Shown: one piece after another, positions 50,980 to 60,328 of the stretch
How positions within the stretch are numbered: the first letter of the stretch is position 1
Layout of the letters: every line of letters begins with the position of its first letter
NCBI GenBank assembly: GCA_965212015.1
Contig: OZ243037.1
Location: forward strand, 32,001 to 96,000
Direction of reading: 5' to 3'
Length of the DNA stretch: 64,000 bases
Source of the DNA: Cenarchaeum sp.
GTDB taxonomy: Archaea > Thermoproteota > Nitrososphaeria > Nitrososphaerales > Nitrosopumilaceae
Translations under genes and position numbers: made by a program
Notes under the pieces: model-generated
Told to the model about the DNA's origin: nothing
Databases searched by the model: none
What the model saw: only the letters and a program-made list of their open reading frames with translations

Positions 50980-51909
50980 TTATATATCCGTAAATTGTGA
51001 TAAATCACTTTGTTTTCCGACAATTACTTGTAGCGCACTTTTTAATATTTCGGTGGGTATGATTGACATTGTTTTTATATCATCAGAAATTATGTTTTTT
51101 GCCCCATCACTATTTGTGGCGATTATCAAATCATATAGTTTAATTTTTCCAGTTTTGAATATGGGAATAGACAAAACATGCTTTTTGAATCCCTTCATTT
51201 GACTTATATATTGTTCCAGTAATTCATCGCCATTTTTTAAATCCTTCCAATTTTGATTGCCAAAGAATAAAGTCATGGTTTCTGCCATAGATTCATTCGT
51301 TTTGACTGCACTTTGGTGTCGAGCGATATATGGAGTCATAAATGTGAAAAAAATATCCGCGGTTTGAATTGATAAAAGACGTTTCATTAAATCCCAACGA
51401 ATTTCTGCAAACCCTTTTGGATCAATGAATATCAAAAATGCAGTTCCGCGTCTCTTGTACCCCTCAATGAATTTTACACTATCTTCAAAACTTCTCACTA
51501 CCGGCTTATAATCGTGTATTCCAACATTATTTTTTAAACTTTTTAATCGTGAATCCAATAATGAGATGGATTTGGGATCAATATCCGAAAAAAAATAATC
51601 CGTAAACGGCGTTTCTACATTTCTAAAAGCAGCTATAAGCGGTGAACCCGGAAATTTTTCATTTTTTGAGTCTATCCTAAATGTAATCAATCCCGTTCCA
51701 CAATGGGTATCGACAAAAAACCATCTGTCAAACCCATTTTTGCGGATAATTCTAACAAATTCTCCGATATAATAGTCCAAAACAAGTATTTTTTTTATCG
51801 ACCAAATATCTCCCGGCGATGCCCTTAAAGTGCCATCTTCGATATCTTTGATTTTTTCCACCAAATCAGTGATTTTTTTCTTTGCCCAGAGATACGGATC
51901 AACGACCAT
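50980..51909 (-). CDS. tcmP: Three-Cys-motif partner protein (TcmP, methyltransferase-like fold)
   Basis: WSIKK...YY, FVDTHCGTG, GSPLIA, FIDPKG...W, YDLIIATNS; adjacent to DUF5131. Confidence 0.8.
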   Translation of the reverse strand: MVVDPYLWAKKKITDLVEKIKDIEDGTLRASPGDIWSIKKILVLDYYIGEFVRIIRKNGFDRWFFVDTHCGTGLITFRIDSKNEKFPGSPLIAAFRNVETPFTDYFFSDIDPKSISLLDSRLKSLKNNVGIHDYKPVVRSFEDSVKFIEGYKRRGTAFLIFIDPKGFAEIRWDLMKRLLSIQTADIFFTFMTPYIARHQSAVKTNESMAETMTLFFGNQNWKDLKNGDELLEQYISQMKGFKKHVLSIPIFKTGKIKLYDLIIATNSDGAKNIISDDIKTMSIIPTEILKSALQVIVGKQSDLSQFTDI

Positions 51910-52031
51910 ATATACTATCAAATATATATTCGATTTAAACATATTTGGGACTAATAATTGACACATTGTCAATTCTACGCAAAACAAACATAATAAGAAA
52001 CACTTATGGAATAGCATAACAAGAAACAAAC

Positions 52032-52865
52032 ATGGCTTTGGGATCTGAAATCGAATGGACAGAGGCGACTTGGAATCCGAGTACGGGATGCACTAAAATC
52101 TCCCCCGGATGCAAGAACTGCTATGCGGAAAAACTCTCGCACAGGCTTAAATTAATGGGGCTAAAAAAATACAAAAACGGGTTTGATTTTCTCGAGCATT
52201 CCGACGATACAGACCTGCCAAAACGATGGAGAAAGCCAAAGAAAATCTTTGTCAACAGCATGTCGGACATGTTTCATGAAAAATCCTCTTTTGAGTTTGT
52301 CATAAAATGCTTCAACACAATGATTGAGGCTGACAGGCATATCTATCAGGTTCTCACAAAACGTTCCGGCATAATGAATGATTTCTCAAAAATTTTTTTT
52401 GATTATTACGGTCATGTGATACCAGATCATGTTTGGATGGGAGTGAGTGTTGAGAATGCGGATTATACTTGGCGTATTGACGAGTTGAAAAAGGTAAAAT
52501 GTCAAACCCGGTTTATCAGCTTTGAACCGCTGATTGGCAGGGCCGGAAAGTTAAATCTTGAGGGAATTGACTGGGCTATAATCGGCGGCGAGAGCGGCTC
52601 GGGATTTAGAAGAGTCAAGAAGGAGTGGATTTTGGAGATCATCGAGCAGTGTAAAAAACAGAAAGTGGCGGTGTTTTTCAAACAATGGGGCGGATTTAGG
52701 CCAAAATCCGGCGGCAGGGTGATTAATCGCCGAAAATATAGCGAGTATCCAAAAATAACAAGAAAGAATCAGCTAAAAGATATTTATTTTGATAGCGTGG
52801 CATTTGCGGAATTATGTTTAAAATATGAATCAAAACTCAAACACCAAGAAATACCTGCGAATTGA
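52032..52865 (+). CDS. DUF5131 / phage Gp37-Gp68 family protein
   Basis: IEWTEATWNPSTGCTKISPGCKNCYA, FVNSMSDMFH, LTKR, SFEPL, GGESG, FFKQWGG. Confidence 0.93.
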   Translation: MALGSEIEWTEATWNPSTGCTKISPGCKNCYAEKLSHRLKLMGLKKYKNGFDFLEHSDDTDLPKRWRKPKKIFVNSMSDMFHEKSSFEFVIKCFNTMIEADRHIYQVLTKRSGIMNDFSKIFFDYYGHVIPDHVWMGVSVENADYTWRIDELKKVKCQTRFISFEPLIGRAGKLNLEGIDWAIIGGESGSGFRRVKKEWILEIIEQCKKQKVAVFFKQWGGFRPKSGGRVINRRKYSEYPKITRKNQLKDIYFDSVAFAELCLKYESKLKHQEIPAN

Positions 52866-52916
52866 TTAGGTGTGGTGCGTAATTAACCGGCTTTTCAATC
52901 ATTTTCGGCCGTTAGG

Positions 52917-53955
52917 TGTTCTGTGTCACAAGCTGCCTAATTTTTCCCAGCGTAAACTAATCGAGGCTGCCTGTCCATACAATCCGGCCCAAAAAGCTCT
53001 AGATCATGACTGCACGACCACGCCGTGGGTAAGAATTCAGACTATGGCCGCAGCTTAAAGGACCGCGGAACAATCCATATCGACAAACGTGTCCTGAACT
53101 CATTTGGGAGAGATCGGAATAGGATGAACAAAAGACGGGACGCAGATTCCCATGTTCTGGCGAGATGATTGCCGTTCTGGCATACATCCGCCTCTACTTC
53201 ATACTGCCATACAGGCAGACACAGGGCCTTGCAGAATCGCTGTTTGACAAGCATACTATAGTGCCATCGTATTCTACCATTTGTAAACGGATCAACAACC
53301 TGGATTTGGATCTTACCGCAGGCAAAAAGACACACGGCACAATCGTAATCGCAATAGACAGTACGGGAATAAAGGTGACAAACAGGGGCGACTGGATGCG
53401 AGAAAAGCACGGCGTGACAAGAAAGGGATTCATAAAATTGCACGCCGCAATGAACGTGAATTCCGGTAGGGCGACGAGGTTTGTAGTTACAGATGAAAGC
53501 TCGCACGATTCAAATCATTTTACAGAACTGGTAGAACAATCACAGCAATGCGGAGACGTGTGCTGGCAGACGGTGCGTATGATTCCGGCGTGATATTTGA
53601 CGACATGTATTACAATAATATTAAACTGGCAGTACCAGTCAGAAAAAATTCCAGATCTGATGCGCCGTCATATCCGCGCCGGATGGCAGTCAGGATTCAA
53701 AAACACGACTATTCGGAATGGAAGAAATCCTCCGGATATGGAAAACGATGGATTGTCGAATCGCTGTTCTCTGCGATAAAGAGAATGTTCGGAGAATCAG
53801 TCATGGCGCACAAAAAAGAGAACATGATGCACGAGATGGCGCTAAAGATGGCCATATACAACAGGATGGTGCTGCCGCATGACGTCATGGAATGGACTGC
53901 TCTGGCACGGGTGGGAGGATCACGATATGAGGTAAGGGAGTTGTGACACAGAGCA
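52917..53955 (+). mobile_element. IS5-family insertion sequence, copy 2 (transposase disrupted)
   Basis: TIRs TGTTCTGTGTCACAA / TTGTGACACAGAGCA; same DDE motifs as copy 1; N-terminal deletions and the same frameshift near 53550. Confidence 0.93.
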
Positions 53956-54051
53956 TAATGCGGCTCTGCACAGGATTCACGCCTAGGTCGCCGGAATTAC
54001 ACAAAACTTTGCACATGAATATTTTTAAGGCAGTACATGATACAAAAATGC

Positions 54052-54189
54052 ATGTCAGATACAAGGCAGATAGATCCGGATCCACTTACAGATGAGGAAA
54101 TTGCAGACATTGAGGAATTTCGTGCCCATCCGGAGGATCACATGACAATGACCTTGGAAGAATTTTTTAAAAAAGTTCATAGTGAATGA
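54052..54189 (+). CDS. Putative type II antitoxin (45 aa, acidic)
   Basis: MSDTRQIDPDPLTDEEIADIEEFRAHPEDHMTMTLEEFFKKV; directly upstream of a RelE-like gene. Confidence 0.7.
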   Translation: MSDTRQIDPDPLTDEEIADIEEFRAHPEDHMTMTLEEFFKKVHSE

Positions 54190-54192
54190 ATA

Positions 54193-54455
54193 TTGTGGGA
54201 ATTAAAATTTGGTAAAAAATTCATCAAACAGTACAAAAAACTGGATTCTGAAACGCAGCGCATGGCAGACAAGGCCATTCAGATATCATATCCTCTGCAA
54301 ATCCTGCCGATCTTGGAACATACAAACAAAACATGAGGGTGTTCTCTTATAAATTGGGCAAGAAACGCCGCGTTATCTATTCCGTTCACTATGGCGATGG
54401 AGCAGCAGAGTTTCTGCGTGTATGCGATCACAAATCCGCATATGGGAGGGATTGA
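54193..54455 (+). pseudogene. RelE/ParE-family toxin, 1-nt frameshift near 54279
   Basis: WELKFGKKFIKQYKKLDSETQRMADKAI / DIISSANPADLG...FSYKLGKKRRVIYSV...FLRVCDHKSAY; 263-nt span is one base short of an intact frame. Confidence 0.8.
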
Positions 54456-54854
54456 ATCGATGAATCAAGTGTTCTGTCCGATGCGGCATTGTCCGCCAAT
54501 TCCTCCCCAAATATGCCGTAACGTTTGATCACAAGGATACGATATCAAAACAGCCATTGATCACCCTCATGACATGTCGGAAAACAAAATCAGTGGAAGG
54601 TGCCATGCTCGGCAGGCCTAGTGGGTCAAACAGTGTGATTTCCGCACGCGACTGATTGCGCCCAAAACCCGCAGCGGTGCAGGCGAGTCTTTCCAGACTG
54701 CCAAAACCCGGGCCGTATTTGTGCGCTGAAATTGCGCCTGCGGCCGTGCCTGCCGGAGACTGCGCACTGCCTGCCGATGCTGCGCGGGTTTTGCAGCTTG
54801 GAGGCACGTTTTTTCTTGAACACTTAAAATTATGGTGGGTTGGTTGTAGATGAC

Positions 54855-56540
54855 ATGGAGACCATGATAGGCGCCAAGGCTCTGATGAGGGCCCTTGAAA
54901 AGGAGGGCGTAAAGCAGGTCTTTGGCCTGCCTGGAGGCGCGAACCTCCCGATGTACGATGAGCTCTTCAAGTCGGACATACGCCACATACTGGCGCGCCA
55001 CGAGCAGTCCGCCGCCCACATGGCCGACGGCTTTGGCAGGGTCAGCAGAAAGCCCGGTGTCTGCTTTGCAACCTCGGGGCCCGGTGCCACCAACATACTT
55101 ACCGGCATTGCCACTGCGCAGGCAGATTCTGCGCCGATGGTGGCAGTAACGGGGCAGGTTCCAGTAAAGATGATAGGGCGCGATGCGTTTCAGGAAAGCG
55201 ACATCATCGGGATGGCAAACCCGGTGGTAAAGTACTCGTTTCAGCCAAGGGATGCGGCGGATATTCCAGAGGTGGTGCGAAAGGGGTTTTACATTGCAGA
55301 GACCGGAAGGCCGGGGCCCGTGCTGCTTGACATACCAAAGGACGTGCAGCAAAACGAGGCGCCAATGGAGTTTCCAGACGAGTTCAAGATAAGGGGATAC
55401 CACCCGTGGACGGATCCCGACATTGTACAGATAAACAAGGCAATAGAGACGCTCATGCAGTCCGAAAAGCCCATAATACTTGCAGGCGGGGGAACTATAA
55501 TCTCGTCTGCGTTTGCAGAGCTGCAGGCAGTAGCAGAGATGCTGATGATACCGGTTGCGACCACGTTTAAGGGAAAGGGATCGTTTCCAGAAACGCACCC
55601 GCTGTCGCTCGGCCCGATAGGCATGCACGGGCACGCAGAGGCAAACAAGCTAATGACAGAAGCCGACTGCGTGCTTGCGATTGGAACCAGGTTTTCTGAC
55701 CGCTCCGTGGGGACGTTCGAGGAGTTTGAGAGGCACCTCAAGATAATCCACATGGACGTGGATCCCGCGGAAATCGGAAAGAACCAGAGGACGCACGTGG
55801 CAGTAGTCGGGGACGTGCAGGCCTCGCTGAGGATAATGGTAAAGCTGCTTGCAAAGCTGGCGCTCAAAAAAGAAGAGAGCGCGTGGTTCGGGCACGTAAT
55901 GGAGGCAAAGCAGTACTGGCGCGAGAACCTAAAGATTCATCCCGGCGAGATGAGCGCCGCAAGAATCCTGCGCAAGCTAAGAGAGGTGCTGCCGCACGAG
56001 TCGATAATCACCACCGAGGTGGGACAGCACCAGATGTGGGCCTCGCTGTTCTATGACGTGATACGGCCGGGCACGTTTTTTAGCTCGACGGGGCTTGGAA
56101 CCATGGGGTGGGGTTTCCCTGCCGCAATCGGCGCCAAGGTCGCAAGGCCTGACGTTCCAGTCATTGACATTGCCGGCGACGGAAGCTTTAGCATGACTGA
56201 GAACTCGCTGGCCACATCGGTGCTAGAGGACATTCCGGTGATAATATTCCTGGTAAACAACTTTACGCTGGGGATGGTGGCGCAGTGGCAGCGCACGTTC
56301 TATGACAGGCGGATGATCGGGGTGGACCAGAAAAAGTGCCCGGACTATGTGAGGCTTGCCGAATCCTACGGGGCGCAGGGCATCAGGGCGCAGTCCCTCG
56401 ACGAGCTCGAGGGCGCAATCAAGGCCGGCCTGGGCTGCGATGTCTCGACGGTAATCGACATACCCATTGATCCCGAGGAGGACGTGCTTCCGTTTGTGGC
56501 CCCCGGAACGTCGCTCAAGGAAATGATACTGCCGTCGTGA
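54855..56540 (+). CDS. ilvB: Acetolactate synthase large subunit
   Basis: VFGLPGGA, RHEQSAAHMADG, TSGPGATN, GDGSF...NN. Confidence 0.96.
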   Translation: METMIGAKALMRALEKEGVKQVFGLPGGANLPMYDELFKSDIRHILARHEQSAAHMADGFGRVSRKPGVCFATSGPGATNILTGIATAQADSAPMVAVTGQVPVKMIGRDAFQESDIIGMANPVVKYSFQPRDAADIPEVVRKGFYIAETGRPGPVLLDIPKDVQQNEAPMEFPDEFKIRGYHPWTDPDIVQINKAIETLMQSEKPIILAGGGTIISSAFAELQAVAEMLMIPVATTFKGKGSFPETHPLSLGPIGMHGHAEANKLMTEADCVLAIGTRFSDRSVGTFEEFERHLKIIHMDVDPAEIGKNQRTHVAVVGDVQASLRIMVKLLAKLALKKEESAWFGHVMEAKQYWRENLKIHPGEMSAARILRKLREVLPHESIITTEVGQHQMWASLFYDVIRPGTFFSSTGLGTMGWGFPAAIGAKVARPDVPVIDIAGDGSFSMTENSLATSVLEDIPVIIFLVNNFTLGMVAQWQRTFYDRRMIGVDQKKCPDYVRLAESYGAQGIRAQSLDELEGAIKAGLGCDVSTVIDIPIDPEEDVLPFVAPGTSLKEMILPS

Positions 56541-56545
56541 TGATA

Positions 56546-57028
56546 ATGTGGGCGATACTCTCTCTTTTGGTCGAAAACAAGCCGGGAATACTCTTCAAGG
56601 TGACTCATTTGTTCCGCTCAAAGAACTTTAACATCGACAGCATATCGGTGGGCGTCACGGAGGATCCGGAATTCTCCCGCATGACTATCACCACGTACGG
56701 CGACGAGAGGCAGATAAGGCAGATTGTAAAGCAGCTCGACAAGATGATAGACACAGTCGAGGTGAGGCATCTTGACGAGCACAAGACGGTATACCGGGAA
56801 CTAATCATTTTTAAGATTAGGGTGAACAGTGCAGGCGATAGCATGGAGATCAACAAGCTGGCAGGCGCGTACGGGGGCAAGGTGCACGACGTCCGAAAGG
56901 AGTCCGTCATGGTGGAGCTTACCGCCACGCCGGATCAGATAAGGGCCTTTGAGGAGCTAGCAAAGCCGTTTGGCATAATGGACACCGCAAGGACCGGGAT
57001 TGCGGCGCTGCAAAGGAGCGGGTCTTGA
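56546..57028 (+). CDS. ilvH: Acetolactate synthase small subunit
   Basis: LVENKPGIL...FNIDSISVG...SRMTI, ARTG. Confidence 0.94.
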   Translation: MWAILSLLVENKPGILFKVTHLFRSKNFNIDSISVGVTEDPEFSRMTITTYGDERQIRQIVKQLDKMIDTVEVRHLDEHKTVYRELIIFKIRVNSAGDSMEINKLAGAYGGKVHDVRKESVMVELTATPDQIRAFEELAKPFGIMDTARTGIAALQRSGS

Positions 57029-58524
57029 GGGTATTTGACACCACCCTGAGGGACGGCGAGCAGACGCCAGGCGTGTCGCTTTCGCCAGAACAGAAGCTAC
57101 AGATTGCAAAAAAACTCGACGAGCTCGGCGTCGACGCCATAGAGGCGGGCTTTCCGGTAATATCCGACGGCGAGAGGGCCGCAGTAAAAATGATCTGCGG
57201 CGAGGATCTTGATGCTGAGATATGCGGGCTTGCAAGGGCCAGCAGGGGAGACATTGACGCCGCAATCGATGCGGGCCTCAAATACGTGCACGTGTTCATT
57301 GCCACATCGGACATACACCTAAAGCACAAGCTAAAGATGAGCAGGGACGAGGTGCTCTCAAGGGCCGTAGAGTCGATAGAATACGCAAAGTCCCACGGAC
57401 TGCAAGTAGAGTTCTCAGCAGAGGACGCCACGCGCTCTGATCGGGAGTTTCTCAAAAAAGTGTTCGTCAAAGTCGCAGAGGCAAAGGCCGACAGGATAGA
57501 CATTCCGGACACCGTGGGATACTCTACCCCGCAGTACATGGCCGAGATTACCAGGGACGCAATAGCCGCATCCGGCCTGCCAATCAGCGTCCACTGCCAC
57601 AACGACTTTGGCCTCGCAGTCGCAAACGCAATATCGGGAATCCAGTCCGGCGCCAGGTGCGCACACGTTACCATAAACGGGATAGGGGAGCGCGCCGGAA
57701 ACACGTCCCTTGAGGAGCTTGTGATGGCCCTGCAGTGCCTGCCATTTGACGGCAAGCACGAGACGAAAATAAATACAGAAAGGCTCTACGAGACTTCCAG
57801 GTTTGTATCAAGACTGGTCGGAATCCAGGTGCAGCCAAACAAGGCCATAGTAGGCGAGAACGCGTTTGGCCACGAGTCGGGCATACACACGCACGGCATA
57901 CTGAACAACCCGCTCACATACGAGCCGATCAATCCGGAGCTAGTCGGCCGCAAGAGGTGGCTGCAGATAGGCAAGCACGCAGGAATCCACGGCATGAACG
58001 CGATGCTAAAAGAGTACGGCATACTGCCCACCGGGGAGCAGTCGCAGCAGATCCTAGACCGGGTAAAGGTGATAGCCGATCAGGGCAAGCTTGTAACTGA
58101 CGTTGAGCTGCTCTCGATAGCAGGCGACGTGCTCGGCGAGGGGGCGATAAGGCCTACTGTACAGCTAAACGGGTTTTCGGTCTCTACGGGAATCGGAACC
58201 ATGCCGTATGCGTTTGTAAGGCTGAGCATAGACGGCAAGGATTTCACCGCCACGGACCACGGGGTGGGGCCAGTCGACGCCGCGCTAAACGCAATACAAA
58301 AGATTACCGGGCAGATATCAAAGGTCCGCATAAAGGACTATGGCCTGGCGTCCATATCAGGCGGCTCCAACGCGCCCTGCGAGGTGACCATCAAAGTCGA
58401 GGACGCCTGCGGGGATGTCGTGTCGGCAAAGTCCGCAGGCGAGGACATTGTCACTACCAGCGTCCAGGCGGTAATCGACGGCATCAACAGGATTATGCTA
58501 AAGACGCGCAAAAAAAACCCCTGA
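57025..58524 (+). CDS. leuA: 2-isopropylmalate synthase (LeuA/CimA family)
   Basis: FDTTLRDGEQ, HCHNDFGLAVAN, GIGERAGN, HESGIH, GVGPVDA. Confidence 0.85.
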   Translation: MRVFDTTLRDGEQTPGVSLSPEQKLQIAKKLDELGVDAIEAGFPVISDGERAAVKMICGEDLDAEICGLARASRGDIDAAIDAGLKYVHVFIATSDIHLKHKLKMSRDEVLSRAVESIEYAKSHGLQVEFSAEDATRSDREFLKKVFVKVAEAKADRIDIPDTVGYSTPQYMAEITRDAIAASGLPISVHCHNDFGLAVANAISGIQSGARCAHVTINGIGERAGNTSLEELVMALQCLPFDGKHETKINTERLYETSRFVSRLVGIQVQPNKAIVGENAFGHESGIHTHGILNNPLTYEPINPELVGRKRWLQIGKHAGIHGMNAMLKEYGILPTGEQSQQILDRVKVIADQGKLVTDVELLSIAGDVLGEGAIRPTVQLNGFSVSTGIGTMPYAFVRLSIDGKDFTATDHGVGPVDAALNAIQKITGQISKVRIKDYGLASISGGSNAPCEVTIKVEDACGDVVSAKSAGEDIVTTSVQAVIDGINRIMLKTRKKNP

Positions 58525-58582
58525 GGGCAGCTGCACGCGGAATAATTGGATTTTTAAGACTAGATATGCGCACACCAACCGT

Positions 58583-58679
58583 GCCGGGATCGCCTAGCCT
58601 GGTAGGGCGCGCGCCTGGAAACTAAAGCCATAAAGCGCGTTCTCGCAAGGGAACGGGAGTTCAAATCTCCCTCCCGGCG
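58583..58679 (+). tRNA. tRNA-Ser(GGA) with 13-nt intron (58621-58633)
   Basis: GCCGGGA/TCCCGGC acceptor plus G73, CGCGC-CTGGAA[intron]A-GCGCG, long variable arm. Confidence 0.93.
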
Positions 58680-59015
58680 CTCTCAATCTAGCTTGAATTG
58701 CCGCACATCTTGCGCCTGCAATTTTTTAGCTCTGGCGGACAGGATTTCGGAATGGCGCATAATGGAACAGACATATCCAAACCGTTTGCATAGACAAGAA
58801 ATTATTGAAAAACTTGGAAAAAAACCAGTTCCAACGCTCTAGTTTATTTTTTAGGTGATTGCAAGAATATCCCCGGTTTGATCACCAATGACGAATCATT
58901 AATGGAGTTGATCACATGCAACCATATGTGGACAAAAAACGAAATTCAGATGGAAGCATAAGGCAAAAAATGCAAACAAACAGATTGCCCTTCGAAAAAA
59001 TTTTGACATGAGGGG

Positions 59016-59500
59016 GTAAAACCGCAATCCCAGGCATGCGTTGGGATGGACCTGCACAGGGAGTCCATGCAGGCGGCCGCGGTGGATAAGGACGGCAGGG
59101 AACTGCTGAATGAAAAAATTCCAAGCGTCAAAAAGGATACCCGCAAACTCTTCCGCACCATTCCGAAAAAGGCAAAACATTCATGGAATCATCAGTATGG
59201 TACGGAATATTCCGATGCGTGACAGATGATCTGGGATTGGATGTCATACTGTCCAACACGTACCATACAAAGGCAATCGCCGCATCAAAGAAAAAGACGG
59301 ACAAGATTGATGCGCGCATACCGGCGGATCTTTACAGGGGTGTATACATAGCCACGTGTCATGTGCAGGACAAACACATCGTTGATCTTCGGCAGCTGGT
59401 GCGCCGCCGTACAAAGTTGGTAAAGACAAGATCCAAGATGAAAAACTATATCCACAGCATATTGCTGCAAAACGGCACAAAGATGCGCGGGACGAATCGC
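59016..59500 (+). mobile_element. IS110-family transposase pseudogene (N-terminal RuvC-like half)
   Basis: CVGMDLHRES..., frameshift, then MESSVW...KKKTDKIDARI...DLRQLVRRRTKLV; truncated at the IS5 relic. Confidence 0.85.
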
Positions 59501-59519
59501 GGCAGGACGGACTCGTTCA

Positions 59520-59672
59520 GGCGAGATGATCGTTCCGGCGAGATGATCGTTCCGGCGAGATGATCGTTCCGGCGAGATGATCGTTCCGGCGAGATGATCG
59601 TTCCGGCGAGATGATCGTTCCGGCGAGATGATCGTTCCGGCGAGATGATCGTTCCGGCGAGATGATCGTTCC
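59520..59672 (+). repeat. Perfect 17-bp tandem array, 9 copies
   Basis: GGCGAGATGATCGTTCC x9 with no spacers. Confidence 0.97.
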
Positions 59673-60200
59673 GGCATACATCTGCCTCTGCCATACGGGC
59701 AGACAATCTTGCAGAATCGCCGTCCGGCAGTGCCGTCGCATTCCGCAGGCGGCATCGCGCCGGATTTGGCCCCTGCCGCGCAAAGACGCGCGGTACAGTC
59801 GCAAGACAGTACCGGAATGGTGACAGACAGTTGCCGGATGCGCGCAAAGCGCGATAAAACAGGAAACTGCACGCCGCAGTGGATGCGGATTCCGGGATGG
59901 CGACGGGACTGGCAGTTACGGGTGAAATTGTGCGATTTGAATCCTTTTGCGGAGATGGCATGACCACGGCAATGCGCGGACTGGCAGGCGGGGAGCACGA
60001 TTCCGGCGTGATATTTGTACGGGATTAAACAGGCAGCATCCATCGGATTCTGGATCTGATGTCCCGTCGCATCCGCGCCCAATGGCCGGTCCGAAACGCG
60101 ACTCTCAGGCGGCGGATCGCCATTTCCCGCGATAATGCCCGTAAAATGCCATGGCGGCGCCAAGGTATTATGTACAGGCACGATATGGTGCGGATCGGAC
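59520..60200 (+). mobile_element. Heavily decayed copy of the IS5 element
   Basis: GGCATACATCTGCCT...CTGCCATACGGGCAGACA...CTTGCAGAATCGCC...GACAGTACCGGAAT...TGCACGCCGCAGTG...GATTCCGGCGTGATATTT is collinear with copy 2 (53160 onward). Confidence 0.8.
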
Positions 60201-60297
60201 TAGATCATGACGTGGGAGGGCGGCGGCCCGGAATCCATGAACCCCGGATCATGAATTGGCTTTAATGTCCAAACCGATCATTTTCTTGACAGCATAC

Positions 60298-60328
60298 TTT
60301 TATAAGCAATTGGGGGGGGGGGTGGTAT
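60298..60328 (+). promoter_or_regulatory. TATA box followed by a G11 homopolymer before the giant surface protein gene
   Basis: TTTTATAAG (60298-60306), CAATT, G11 (60312-60322), TGGTAT, ATG (60329). Confidence 0.65.

Noticed and set aside
17279-53955. 35-kb inversion or composite transposon between the two inverted IS5 copies
   Set aside because: Flanks show no reciprocal target duplications and the enclosed genes are core housekeeping genes.
59520-59672. Possible CRISPR array
   Set aside because: Units are contiguous with no spacers, only 17 bp long, derived from IS sequence, and no cas genes are nearby.
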